A DNA stretch of 18,120 nucleotides from Fervidobacterium sp. (GCA_049970055.1 JBMFNR010000007.1:1-18120), one strand, 5' to 3'; positions 1-9,240 are shown, counted from the stretch's first letter. The notes: generated by a model from the sequence alone, not told the origin. Made by a program: numbers and translations.

Positions 1-1
1 G

Positions 2-745
2 CAAGAAGTTATAACAAAAGACAACGTTGTTGTTGTTGTTGACGCAGTCATATACTACGAAGTAACCGACGCTTTTAAATCGGTGTACAATGTAAGCAAT
101 TTCGAATTCGCAACGATTAAGTTGGCGCAAACTAACCTTAGAAATGTCATTGGTGAGCTCGAACTTGACCAGACACTTACATCAAGGGAAAGTATAAATG
201 CGAAGTTAAGAACAGTTCTTGACGAGGCAACGGATAAATGGGGTATAAGGATAACAAGGGTTGAAATCAAAAAGATAGATCCACCAAAAGACATTATGGA
301 AGCTATGAGTAAGCAGATGAAAGCGGAAAGAACAAAACGTGCGGCCATACTAGAAGCGGAAGGTATAAGACAGTCTGAGATATTAAAAGCGGAAGGTGAA
401 AAACAAGCTGCGATACTAAAAGCAGAAGGTGAAAAACAAGCTGCGATACTAAAAGCAGAGGGTGATGCTGAAGCAATCAAGAGAGTTGCTGAAGCTAACA
501 AGTATAAACTTATCGCAGAAGCTGAAGGTCAGGCGTTAGCAATCACAAACGTGTTTAAGGCAATTCATGAAGGTAATCCAACAAATGATCTCATTGCTAT
601 CAAATACCTTGAGGCACTAAGAGACATAGCTAACGGACAGGCAACGAAGATATTCTTACCATTAGAAGCATCATCTGTACTTGCATCAGTTGGCGCGATG
701 GCCGAGCTATTTAAAAATGAAAACTCGGAGGAAAAGGGAAAATAA
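2..745 (+). CDS. SPFH/band-7 (stomatin/QmcA-like) membrane protein, 5'-truncated by the window edge
   Basis: The frame is open from position 2 ([19 protein letters not shown]..). It carries typical SPFH motifs ([36 protein letters not shown]) and an AE-rich coiled-coil tail. The ORF-track start at 83 is internal. Confidence 0.93.
   Translation, partial: QEVITKDNVVVVVDAVIYYEVTDAFKSVYNVSNFEFATIKLAQTNLRNVIGELELDQTLTSRESINAKLRTVLDEATDKWGIRITRVEIKKIDPPKDIMEAMSKQMKAERTKRAAILEAEGIRQSEILKAEGEKQAAILKAEGEKQAAILKAEGDAEAIKRVAEANKYKLIAEAEGQALAITNVFKAIHEGNPTNDLIAIKYLEALRDIANGQATKIFLPLEASSVLASVGAMAELFKNENSEEKGK
392..457 (+). repeat. Perfect 33-bp in-frame tandem duplication (2 copies)
   Basis: gaaggtgaaaaacaagctgcgatactaaaagca occurs at 392-424 and 425-457, each encoding [11 protein letters not shown]. 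Confidence 0.97.
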
Positions 746-1236
746 TGATAGTCGCTTTTGAAAACATAGTCTTTGGATCGTTAATCAGTACGTTGATTGG
801 GAGTCTTTTGGCGGTCCTCATCTCATATGAAATTGTAGCAAAAAAAGCCAGGTTAAGGTATCAATCGTTGTATTTCTTCAACGAAATAATGACTATGGGA
901 GCGTTAACACTTTTGTGGTATTATCTTGATAGTTTATACGTTATATTTCCTATTTTAAGCATTCTGTCGATAACATATCAATTGTACAAATTACTTGTCA
1001 GTATCTACTCTCTTGATAAAAGGTTCAGACTATTGATACTCTCACTTGGCACAAGTCATGCAGAATATTCGCGTTTCATATTGGAAAAAAACTTGGGTAA
1101 AATGATAGGCAACTTGCTTAAATTTTATACAATATCGCTTATAAGCTTCCTTGTCTCTATGAACAATTACGCATCTGACATTGGTTTTTTCTCTCTAATT
1201 GTGGGGTTAGCACTCACACTTTTGCAATCTGATTAA
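745..1236 (+). CDS. Small hypothetical integral membrane protein with weak ABC-permease-like loop
   Basis: 163 aa with 4-5 hydrophobic segments. It overlaps the SPFH stop as TAATG (743-747). The segment SLDKRFRLLILSLGTS resembles an EAA-loop. Confidence 0.7.
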   Translation: MIVAFENIVFGSLISTLIGSLLAVLISYEIVAKKARLRYQSLYFFNEIMTMGALTLLWYYLDSLYVIFPILSILSITYQLYKLLVSIYSLDKRFRLLILSLGTSHAEYSRFILEKNLGKMIGNLLKFYTISLISFLVSMNNYASDIGFFSLIVGLALTLLQSD

Positions 1237-1281
1237 TTCTTATCAAAAAATCATACAATAATCATAGAAAGGAGAAACAAG

Positions 1282-2481
1282 ATGTCTGAAAAAACTTTGT
1301 TAAAAAACTACGCGCAAGCTATATTGAAAGCTGGTGTAAACTTACAAAATGAGCAAAAACTTATCGTTAATGCATCAGTTGATCACAAAGATTTCGTGCG
1401 AATACTAGTTGAGGAAGCGTACGATCTAGGTTCAAGTGAAGTTCTCGTCATTTGGAATGACACGTACATATCAAGACAAAAGCTCCTTAAAGCACCTGAA
1501 GACGTATTAACAAATATTTATGATTGGGAAGTAGAAATGCATATGAGTTTTTTAGATCAAGGTGCGGCAACTATATCGTTAGTAGGTTCGTATGTTGATT
1601 TACTCTCTGATGTTCCACCACAAAGGCTTGGTATGGCAACAAAAGCTCGTCAAAAAGCCTTCAAAGATGTGATGGAAAGAACTATGTTAAATAAAAACCG
1701 CTGGTGCGTTGCAGGTGTACCAAACCAGGAATGGGCACGGAAGGTTTACGGTGTTGACGATGTTCAAAAACTCTTGGAAGATATACTCTTCATGGCACGT
1801 ATCGATGAAAACGGATACGAAAAATTACTTACACACCTTGAGAACTTAAAAAGAAGAAAAGATTACCTAAACAAAATGCACTTTGACGCACTTAGATACG
1901 AAGGACCGAATACAGACTTCATCGTCAAATTGGCACCTAAACATATATGGTTAAGTGGTATCGAACATGATATCAATGGTATACCGTTCTTACCTAACAT
2001 ACCTACGGAAGAAGTATTCACCGCTCCCTATAAATATGGCGTGAACGGGGTTGTTTCAAGTAGTATGCCACTTGTTTATCAAGGAAACATAATCGACGAA
2101 TTTTGGCTTGAGTTCAAGGATGGTAAAGTTGTTAACTTCGATGCGAAAAAAGGTAAAGATATATTAAAGGAACTCATAGAGACGGATGAAGGAGCGTCAT
2201 ATCTTGGAGAAGTTGCACTCGTTGATATTTCTTCGCCGATATACAAGCTTGGTAAGATTTTCTATAACACGCTTTACGATGAAAACGCATCTTCACATTT
2301 TGCCTTTGGTAGGGCATACCCAACATGCGTTGAAGATTTTGATGGTGATCCAGAAAAATCAGGCATAAACATGAGTCTTACCCATGTCGATTTTATGGTG
2401 GGTAACGACCAAATGAACGTCTACGGAATAAAAGACGGGAAAGAAGAAATAATAATTAAAGATGGAATATGGAAAATCTAA
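1282..2481 (+). CDS. Peptidase M29 family aminopeptidase (AmpS/AmpT/PepS-like)
   Basis: Motifs NIPTEEVFTAP, YLGEVALV, LYDENASSHFAFG and SLTHVDFM are present. RBS AAAGGAG lies upstream. Confidence 0.93.
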   Translation: MSEKTLLKNYAQAILKAGVNLQNEQKLIVNASVDHKDFVRILVEEAYDLGSSEVLVIWNDTYISRQKLLKAPEDVLTNIYDWEVEMHMSFLDQGAATISLVGSYVDLLSDVPPQRLGMATKARQKAFKDVMERTMLNKNRWCVAGVPNQEWARKVYGVDDVQKLLEDILFMARIDENGYEKLLTHLENLKRRKDYLNKMHFDALRYEGPNTDFIVKLAPKHIWLSGIEHDINGIPFLPNIPTEEVFTAPYKYGVNGVVSSSMPLVYQGNIIDEFWLEFKDGKVVNFDAKKGKDILKELIETDEGASYLGEVALVDISSPIYKLGKIFYNTLYDENASSHFAFGRAYPTCVEDFDGDPEKSGINMSLTHVDFMVGNDQMNVYGIKDGKEEIIIKDGIWKI

Positions 2482-2539
2482 TGAGTGACGTCATTTATCT
2501 TAAAAAACTATCAAAAACCACCAAAGGAGGAATCAAAAG

Positions 2540-3745
2540 ATGGATAAGCAAGCATTTGTTCATGAATTAATTTCTCCAAACGCCAGTAAAATCGTTCTCT
2601 TAGTTATGGATGGTATTGGTGATTTACCCAACGAAGAAGGTTTAACACCTCTTATGAAAGCACAAACACCAAATCTTGATAGGATAGCAGCACTAAGTGA
2701 CCTTGGTCAAACAATTCCCGTCTTACCAGGAATAACACCCGGTAGTGGACCTGGGCACCTTGGTCTTTTCGGATACGATCCAATAAAATACCAGATCGGT
2801 AGAGGTATACTCGAAGCACTGGGCGAAGATATCGAAGTCGGTGAACTTGACGTTGTTGCAAGAGGAAATTTCGCAACAATTAACGGGGATACGGTAGTAG
2901 ATAGAAGAGCAGGAAGACCCACAACAGAGGAAAGTGCAAAAGTAGTCGAAATACTAAATGCAAATATCAAACAAATTGAAGATGTAAAAGTCACATTTTA
3001 CCCTGGCAAAGAACACAGATTCGTCTTGAAACTCACAGGTGAAGGTTTATCGGACAAAATCGAAGACGCAGACCCACAAAAAGAAGGAAAACCAATTAAA
3101 TACACAACCGCATTCAGTTCTGAAGCTGAAAAAACGGCAAGAATCGTTAATAAACTACTTGACACAATTAAAGATGTACTCAAAGATCAACCAAAAATGA
3201 ACTTTGCACTTGTTAGAGGTTTTTCAAAATATCCACAACTACCACAATTCCCAGAAGTTTATAAATTGAAAGCAGGTGCAATAGCTGTCTATCCAATGTA
3301 TAAAGGACTTGCCAAACTCGTTGGTATGACGATTATACCAACTGGTCAAACAATTGAGGATGAAATTGAAACACTGAAAAAGGAATGGAATAATTACGAC
3401 TTCTTCTTTGTGCACATTAAAAAGACAGACTCTTACGGTGAGGATGGTAAATTTGATGAAAAAGTTCATGTTATTGAGAACGTTGATAAAATAATTCCAG
3501 ACATTTTGAGCCTAAACCCGGATGTACTTGTCATTACCGGTGATCACTCGACACCATGTGCCATGAAGGGGCACTCATTCCATCCAGTACCGGTAATGTT
3601 CTGCGCAAAGAATACGCGAAAAGGTCTTTCCAAAGCATTCAACGAATTTGAATGTGCAAGAGGTACCCTGGGCACAATACATGCAACCGATGTGATGAAT
3701 TTAATACTAGCCTACTCTGGAAGGCTTGAAAAGTTCGGCGCATGA
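2540..3745 (+). CDS. apgM: 2,3-bisphosphoglycerate-independent phosphoglycerate mutase, archaeal type
   Basis: Motifs VMDGIGD, TPGSGPGHLGLFGYDP, DRRAGR, HIKKTDSYGEDG and TGDHSTP..HS are present. RBS AAAGGAGG lies upstream. Confidence 0.92.
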   Translation: MDKQAFVHELISPNASKIVLLVMDGIGDLPNEEGLTPLMKAQTPNLDRIAALSDLGQTIPVLPGITPGSGPGHLGLFGYDPIKYQIGRGILEALGEDIEVGELDVVARGNFATINGDTVVDRRAGRPTTEESAKVVEILNANIKQIEDVKVTFYPGKEHRFVLKLTGEGLSDKIEDADPQKEGKPIKYTTAFSSEAEKTARIVNKLLDTIKDVLKDQPKMNFALVRGFSKYPQLPQFPEVYKLKAGAIAVYPMYKGLAKLVGMTIIPTGQTIEDEIETLKKEWNNYDFFFVHIKKTDSYGEDGKFDEKVHVIENVDKIIPDILSLNPDVLVITGDHSTPCAMKGHSFHPVPVMFCAKNTRKGLSKAFNEFECARGTLGTIHATDVMNLILAYSGRLEKFGA

Positions 3746-4986
3746 CCTACCTATCGTTTTTTTATTTTGGTAGTGCAATTTTAGGTGCACTGGTGGGAAC
3801 GTGGTTCAAGTTCCCACCTTTGTTTATCTTAACGCCGCTAATTTTTTTCAAAAAGCCACGTTTGGCTTTATTCTTCCTATTTTTCTTAATGACAAACATT
3901 CTTGTTGTTAAAGACGTCAGTTTAAATAATGCAACTACACAGTTCGCAGGTGCTGTAAAAACTGTTCAGGAAGGTTCGTCAATAATCGAACCAAAATTTT
4001 ACGACGGAAAAGAATGGAGAAACCTTGGTTTTGATATTAAATTGTACAGAGAGGAAAAAATCGGAACGATCGTGTATTTCATAGGTGATCTTAGAAAAAC
4101 AACTTCTTATCCAAGATATTACGCAAAGACCACATTTCTGGCAACTGCACCAAATTACTCTTCTGTAGTGTCAAAAGTATACAATTCTTTTGAATCATTC
4201 AGACAGTTCAGTGCAAAGATCGATCCATTTTATCAAAACCTGTTTGGAAACAGTTCAAGGGATGAAAATTTCATAAAAAGCGGATTATTTCACATATTCT
4301 GCGTCTCTGGAATGCACGTTAGCATACTTTATCTCTTCACTATGTATGTTGCCTCTCTTTTCACATACAGAAAGCGATTGAAAATATTGTTTTCTTTAAT
4401 ATTCCCAAGTGTATTTGTTATAGGCTCGGGAATGAACTTACCTTCCGTTAGGGCGCTTTTGATGTTGTACTTAGCTACTATGTTCAAACTCTTCGATTTA
4501 AAAATTGACCCTGTAAACACTGTCTCTCTAATTGGACTTGCCATGATTGTAACTAACCCAGAAATAGCATTTTCTCTATCTTTTTACATGACGTTCTTTT
4601 CAACCATCGGCGTCCTTTTCTCTACAAATAACTTTCTAGCAAGCATCGGTGGATTTCTTGGAAGCGCGCCTTACGTAGCGTTAGTTAGTGGGGTAAATCC
4701 ATTCTCGATTGTTGCCACACTAATCGTATCAATTCCTGTCCAGATAACCATGTTTGGGCTTACCATCTCTTATATACTCTACATATTAAAAATCAAAGTT
4801 CTCAGTGCACTTTTACTATTTTTTCTCAAACCATTTTCTATATTCATCAATGTAATTGCGACTTTCTTCTCTAAATTTCCGCTTATTCCTCAACATATGG
4901 TTGTTTCTATAGCATTCTCAATAACGTACATCATTTACTTAGCGATAATACAAGATTTAGACAATAAAAAAGGCACCAATATGTGA
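3742..4986 (+). CDS. comEC: ComEC/Rec2 family competence (DNA uptake) membrane protein
   Basis: Competence-domain motifs F..SGLFHIFCVSGMHV, PSVRA and FSLSFYMTF are present with many TM segments. It overlaps apgM as ATGA. Confidence 0.85.
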   Translation: MTYLSFFYFGSAILGALVGTWFKFPPLFILTPLIFFKKPRLALFFLFFLMTNILVVKDVSLNNATTQFAGAVKTVQEGSSIIEPKFYDGKEWRNLGFDIKLYREEKIGTIVYFIGDLRKTTSYPRYYAKTTFLATAPNYSSVVSKVYNSFESFRQFSAKIDPFYQNLFGNSSRDENFIKSGLFHIFCVSGMHVSILYLFTMYVASLFTYRKRLKILFSLIFPSVFVIGSGMNLPSVRALLMLYLATMFKLFDLKIDPVNTVSLIGLAMIVTNPEIAFSLSFYMTFFSTIGVLFSTNNFLASIGGFLGSAPYVALVSGVNPFSIVATLIVSIPVQITMFGLTISYILYILKIKVLSALLLFFLKPFSIFINVIATFFSKFPLIPQHMVVSIAFSITYIIYLAIIQDLDNKKGTNM

Positions 4987-5001
4987 AACTGGTGCCTTTT
5001 T
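4966..5001. terminator. Bidirectional intrinsic terminator between convergent comEC and fur
   Basis: aaaaaggcacca (4967-4978) pairs with tggtgccttttt (4990-5001) around an 11-nt loop, giving U-tracts on both strands. The hairpin spans the comEC stop codon. Confidence 0.8.
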
Positions 5002-5028
5002 GAAACTTCGCTTTTTTTGTAGTTGTAA

Positions 5029-5484
5029 TTATTTATTCTTTTGCTTTTTCTTTGCACATTTTGGACAAATTCCTCTGAATTTAACATCGATTTCTTCAAC
5101 TAAGTATCCATCTTTTTCCAGCAATTTTATATAATCTCCTATTACATTCTCCGGTGAAAGTGTTTCCTTTAACTCGTATATCTTCCCACAAACATTACAT
5201 ATGAAATGAGAGTGTTTACTTTCCTTATCGATCAACTCATACCTATAGACACCCTCATCGAATTGTAACCTTCTTAAAAAACCGAGTTCTACGAGCAAAT
5301 CAACTGTCCTATAAACTGTTGCCTTGCTTATATTAATCCGCCTGCTTAACAAATACCTGTAAACTTCTTCCGCACCAAGGTGTTCGCTGTTTGTTTCTAT
5401 AAAAACTTTTAAAATTTGTTCTCTCTGAGGTGTCATCCTGTATTTTCTATCTTTCAATTCCTTTTTCAAATTGTCGACATGCAT
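5029..5484 (-). CDS. Fur family transcriptional regulator (Fur/Zur/PerR subfamily unresolved)
   Basis: Motifs RMTPQR, HLGAEEVY, ATVYRT, HSHFICNVCG and GICPKC (two CxxC) are present. Start placed at ATG 5484 behind AAGGGGAG rather than the ORF-track 5520. Confidence 0.92.
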   Translation of the reverse strand: MHVDNLKKELKDRKYRMTPQREQILKVFIETNSEHLGAEEVYRYLLSRRINISKATVYRTVDLLVELGFLRRLQFDEGVYRYELIDKESKHSHFICNVCGKIYELKETLSPENVIGDYIKLLEKDGYLVEEIDVKFRGICPKCAKKKQKNK

Positions 5485-5512
5485 GTTATCTCCCCTTTTG
5501 TCTTTCTTCACT

Positions 5513-6547
5513 TCACGCATTCATGACGGGTTTTATATCAATTTTCCACCCTGTCAATTTTGCAGCTAGTCTTGCATTTTGTCCTGCCTTACCTATAGCA
5601 AGAGACAATTGATTTGGCGAAACCAAAACACGTGAAGCTTTCGATTCATAATCGAGAATCTCAACATCAACAACCGTTGCCGGTAGCAGCGCATTTGCAA
5701 TCAATTCCTTTGGATCATTGGACCACTTTATTATGTCAATTTTCTCAACTTTTAACTCTCTCAATATTGGTGCAATCCTTGAACCTTCCGGCCCTATACA
5801 CGACCCCACAGGATCTACTTTTGGATCGTGTGATGCCACCGCTACTTTAGTTCTTATTCCAGGTTCCCTTACAATCTTCACTATTTCAATTATGCCATTT
5901 TCGATCTCAGGTACCTCTAATTTTAACAAACCTTCTACGAACTCTGGATCGACCCTTGTTACAATTATCTTTGGACCTTTCTTGTCTTTTCTTACCTCTC
6001 TTACGTAAACTTTTATTAAATCGGACTGTTCAAATTCCTCACCTGGAATCCATTCCTTCTTCGGCAAGTGTGTTTCAAGTTTTCCAATTCTGATATCAAG
6101 CCATTCCGGGGTTACTTTCAGAACTTCTGCCGTGACTACCCTTCCAACGAGATCTGAATACTTTTCATATTGCTTTTCCTTTTCAATTTCCCTTATCTTC
6201 TGAATGAGAACTTGCTTTGCAACCTGGACTGCGAACCTTCCAAGTTTTTTGATATTCATTTTCCTTTTAACAATATCACCAATTTTCGCATCAGGTTTAA
6301 TCTTAAGTGCCTCTTCCAGTGAAATCTGCAAGTTTTCATTGTCCACTTTATCAACTACCTCTAGTAGCTGGTAAGCTTCAATCTCGCCTGAAAGTTTGTT
6401 AATAACTATTTCGACATTTCTTTCACCAGTTTTGTTTTTGTATGCACTCATGAGTGCTTTTTCCAAAATTTCTATCGATTCATCCACAGATATACCCTTT
6501 TCTCTCTCAAGTTCCCTAAGTGCTTCAAGTAACATCGGACTGTTCAT
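5513..6547 (-). CDS. nusA: Transcription termination/antitermination factor NusA
   Basis: N-domain, S1 and KH motifs are present: GRFAVQVAKQ, EVPEI, REPGIRTKVAV, DPVGSCIG, SLAIGKAGQNARLAAKLTGWKIDI. RBS GGAGGT lies upstream. Confidence 0.97.
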   Translation of the reverse strand: MNSPMLLEALRELEREKGISVDESIEILEKALMSAYKNKTGERNVEIVINKLSGEIEAYQLLEVVDKVDNENLQISLEEALKIKPDAKIGDIVKRKMNIKKLGRFAVQVAKQVLIQKIREIEKEKQYEKYSDLVGRVVTAEVLKVTPEWLDIRIGKLETHLPKKEWIPGEEFEQSDLIKVYVREVRKDKKGPKIIVTRVDPEFVEGLLKLEVPEIENGIIEIVKIVREPGIRTKVAVASHDPKVDPVGSCIGPEGSRIAPILRELKVEKIDIIKWSNDPKELIANALLPATVVDVEILDYESKASRVLVSPNQLSLAIGKAGQNARLAAKLTGWKIDIKPVMNA

Positions 6548-6563
6548 ATCCTGTCTACCTCCT

Positions 6564-7022
6564 TTATACCTCTATTTCTAAATTCGCTGATTTAATTTCA
6601 TCATATTTGATTACAATATCTTCGTTATCTACTGTTAGTACTATTTCTTCTTTTTCCATGTTAACAGCCTTTATGTATCCTTTGTAAGTTCTCTTTGTTT
6701 TCACCTTTGCAAGCTTTCCAATAAACCTTTTAAAATCTTCAAGTTTTTTTAAAGGTCGATCGAGGCCCGGGGAAGAAACTTCTAAAAAGTACCTGCCTGG
6801 TATAAGATCGTGTGAATCCAGAACTTTTTCTATCTCGTAAGACACAAGTTCGCAATCTCTCGTACTTACGTAATCGTCGTGTTTATCTATAACTATAGTT
6901 AAAACCCACTTGCCTCCCTGAGTTCTGTATTTAACATCAAACAGTTCAAGTCCCATTGAAGAAACAATAGGCCCTGCAAGAGCCCTCACACGTTCAATTA
7001 TTTCCTTTTGACTTAGGCTCAT
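6564..7022 (-). CDS. rimP: Ribosome maturation factor RimP
   Basis: Motifs DCELVS and YFLEVSSPGLDRPL are present, and the gene sits directly upstream of nusA. Start placed at ATG 7022 behind GGAGGTG. Confidence 0.95.
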   Translation of the reverse strand: MSLSQKEIIERVRALAGPIVSSMGLELFDVKYRTQGGKWVLTIVIDKHDDYVSTRDCELVSYEIEKVLDSHDLIPGRYFLEVSSPGLDRPLKKLEDFKRFIGKLAKVKTKRTYKGYIKAVNMEKEEIVLTVDNEDIVIKYDEIKSANLEIEV

Positions 7023-7046
7023 ACAAAACACCTCCATAAGTAATCG

Positions 7047-7072
7047 AAAAACCGGGACTTTTGTCCCGGTTT
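7047..7072 (-). terminator. Intrinsic terminator between tRNA-Ser and rimP
   Basis: The minus strand reads aaaccgggac-aaaa-gtcccggttttt, a perfect GC-rich stem ending in U5. Confidence 0.8.
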
Positions 7073-7090
7073 AAAAAATAGATTTTCTAC

Positions 7091-7181
7091 TGGCGGAGAG
7101 GGTGGGATTTGAACCCACGGGTGGTTTATGGCCACCGCACGCTCTCCAGGCGTGTGCCTTAGACCCCTCGGCCACCTCTCC
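7091..7181 (-). tRNA. tRNA-Ser (anticodon GGA)
   Basis: The minus strand reads GGAGAGG...CCTCTCC-G-CCA. The anticodon arm is CACGC-CTGGAGA-GCGTG, with a long variable arm, T-arm GTGGG-TTCAAAT-CCCAC, discriminator G and encoded CCA. Confidence 0.97.
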
Positions 7182-7236
7182 CTCTCTCTCTGGCTCACAA
7201 ACTAAACCACAATAACAATTTTACAAGCCATGAGAG

Positions 7237-7264
7237 ATTATACCATAACATTTGAAAAATTCAA
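7237..7264 (-). promoter_or_regulatory. Sigma70/SigA-type promoter for tRNA-Ser(-rimP-nusA-fur)
   Basis: The minus strand has TTGAAT (7264-7259), a 16-bp spacer, and an extended -10 TGgTATAAT (TATAAT at 7242-7237). Confidence 0.75.
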
Positions 7265-7273
7265 GATTATTTC

Positions 7274-8050
7274 TTAATCAATCACTTTTGCCATTATCTT
7301 GGCAAGTTCTATGAAACTCTCTTTCAAACTTGCACCGCCCACCAGTGCACCGTCGATATCTTTCTTAACAAACAATCCAAACCAATTCTCTGGTGTTACA
7401 CTGCCACCATAAAGTATCGTTATACTCTCTGCCACTTGATCATCGTACATTTTTGCAAGCAAACTTCTCACAAATTCATGAGCTTCCTGAGCTTGCTGAG
7501 GAGTTGCAACAACGCCTGTTCCAATAGCCCATACCGGTTCGTAAGCTATGACAACTTTAAGTACATCATCCTTGCTTAACCCGTAGAGTCCTTCTCTAAT
7601 TTGTTTTTCAAGCACACAAAATGTTAAACCTTTGTGTCTTTCTTCAAGAGTTTCACCGATACAGAATATCGGTGTTAGTCCATCTGAGATAGCCTTCTTT
7701 ACCTTTTTGTTAATCATTTCATCACTCTCATGGAAAATCTTTCTTCTTTCACTGTGGCCTAATATAACTGCTTTGACGTTTAGTTCTATAAGCATCTTGG
7801 ATGAAATCTCCCCTGTAAATGCTCCATTGTCTTCGTAGTACATGTTTTGTGCAGCTAGTTTGATGTTAGTTGAAGCGATGACCTCTCTCACCCTGTCAAG
7901 TGCGGTAAATGTTGGTGCAATATATATCTCGAAAGAATTAAACCCTACGAGGGCATTAACAAGTACATTAGCAAACTGCTGCGCCTCGTAGGGGGTTTTA
8001 TTCATTTTCCAGTTACCAGCTAAAATGAATTTCCTACCTATCGTTTTTTT
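7274..8050 (-). CDS. tpiA: Triosephosphate isomerase moiety, likely translated as a PGK-TPI fusion via a -1 shift
   Basis: Motifs [32 protein letters not shown] and GALVGGASL are present. The conserved N-terminal [11 protein letters not shown] lies upstream of the ORF-track ATG at 8005. The frame is open to 8050 with no ATG/GTG/TTG. Confidence 0.93.
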   Translation of the reverse strand, partial: KKTIGRKFILAGNWKMNKTPYEAQQFANVLVNALVGFNSFEIYIAPTFTALDRVREVIASTNIKLAAQNMYYEDNGAFTGEISSKMLIELNVKAVILGHSERRKIFHESDEMINKKVKKAISDGLTPIFCIGETLEERHKGLTFCVLEKQIREGLYGLSKDDVLKVVIAYEPVWAIGTGVVATPQQAQEAHEFVRSLLAKMYDDQVAESITILYGGSVTPENWFGLFVKKDIDGALVGGASLKESFIELAKIMAKVID

Positions 8051-9240
8051 TTATCCACGATAGACGCGATACCAGGGAGTTCTTTGCCTTCTAAGAATTC
8101 AAGGGAAGCACCGCCACCTGTTGATACGTGGCTAAATTTCTTCTCCAGGCCAAACTGACTAACTGCTGCTGCGCTATCTCCACCACCTACAACTGTGGTA
8201 ACACCTTTTTCCGTAAGTAATGCAATGAATTCGGCAATTGCCCTTGTACCTTCAGCAAAATCTTCAATTTCAAAAACACCAAGTGGGCCGTTCCATACAA
8301 TTGTCTTTGCGTCAACAAGCTTTGATTTAATTAGATCAATACTTGCCGTACCTATATCGTAACCTGCCCAACCTTCAGGTATTCCTTCTTCACATGTATA
8401 GATTTTCTTTTCAACACCTGCTTCCATCTTCTGCGCACATACTGCATCTGTTGGAATAACCAGTTCCACACCTTTTTCCTTTGCTTGCTCCAAGAGTTGT
8501 TTTGCAAGTTCAATCTTATCCTCTTCGACAAGTGAATTACCCGTTTGTTTGCCAAGTGCCTTCCAAAACGTAAACATCATAGCACCACCGATTATTATTC
8601 TATCAGCTTTGTTAAGCAGATTCGTTATAACCCCGATCTTGTCTGAAACCTTTGCGCCACCGAGTACAACAACATACGGTTTATCCGGATTGTGTGTAGC
8701 TTTAGAAAGGAATTTAATTTCCTTTTCCATTAAAAATCCTGCGACACTAGGTATATATTGTGCGATACCGACGTTGCTTGCGTGTGCCCTGTGCGCAGTA
8801 CCAAACGCGTCATTAACATGTATATCGGCAAGTGAAGCCCATTTTTTAGCAAGTCCTAAATCATTCTTCTCTTCTCCCGCGTCAAATCTTGTATTCTCAA
8901 GCATTAAAACTTCGCCTTCTTTGAGTTCCGCAACAGTTTTTTCGACTTCTTCCCCGTAAAGTGCGGGTACAAACTTAACCTCCTTACCGAGCAACTGAGC
9001 TAACCTTTCGGCAGCAGGTTTAACTGTGTACTTTGGATCTGGCCCACCCTTTGGCCTTCCAAGGTGTGTAAGAAGAATAACTTTTGCGCCCTGATCAAGT
9101 ACATACTTTATTGTTGGTAGAGCTTCAACGATCCTTGTGTCATCTGTGACAACACCATCTTTAATTGGAACATTGAAATCAACACGCATGATTACCCTTT
9201 TACCTTTTAAATCAACATCCCTAATCGTAAGTTTTTCCAT
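8038..9240 (-). CDS. pgk: Phosphoglycerate kinase
   Basis: Motifs [54 protein letters not shown] and [15 protein letters not shown] are present. RBS GGAGGTG lies upstream. Confidence 0.98.
   Translation of the reverse strand: MEKLTIRDVDLKGKRVIMRVDFNVPIKDGVVTDDTRIVEALPTIKYVLDQGAKVILLTHLGRPKGGPDPKYTVKPAAERLAQLLGKEVKFVPALYGEEVEKTVAELKEGEVLMLENTRFDAGEEKNDLGLAKKWASLADIHVNDAFGTAHRAHASNVGIAQYIPSVAGFLMEKEIKFLSKATHNPDKPYVVVLGGAKVSDKIGVITNLLNKADRIIIGGAMMFTFWKALGKQTGNSLVEEDKIELAKQLLEQAKEKGVELVIPTDAVCAQKMEAGVEKKIYTCEEGIPEGWAGYDIGTASIDLIKSKLVDAKTIVWNGPLGVFEIEDFAEGTRAIAEFIALLTEKGVTTVVGGGDSAAAVSQFGLEKKFSHVSTGGGASLEFLEGKELPGIASIVDKKKR
8044..8052 (-). other. A9 slippery run at the pgk/tpiA junction (recoding site)
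   Basis: The pgk frame reads GAT AAA AAA AAA CGA TAG. The -1 frame reads AAA ACG ATA GGT AGG AAA TTC ATT TTA GCT GGT AAC TGG AAA ATG. Confidence 0.85.

Noticed and set aside
26..40. (GTT)5 microsatellite
   Set aside because: It encodes the Val-rich beta strand normal for SPFH ([12 protein letters not shown]). It is in frame and too short to suggest phase variation.
55..501. Antisense ORF with repeated CFSPSAFS
   Set aside because: It is the shadow of the SPFH coding strand and its 33-bp repeat, with no RBS or family motifs.
7075..7195. tRNA-Ser as an integration site for an island
   Set aside because: Both flanks are core genes, and the window has no integrase or duplicated tRNA 3' end.
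7274..8052. tpiA as a frameshifted pseudogene
   Set aside because: All catalytic motifs are intact, and the junction matches the known Thermotoga-type pgk-tpi recoding arrangement.
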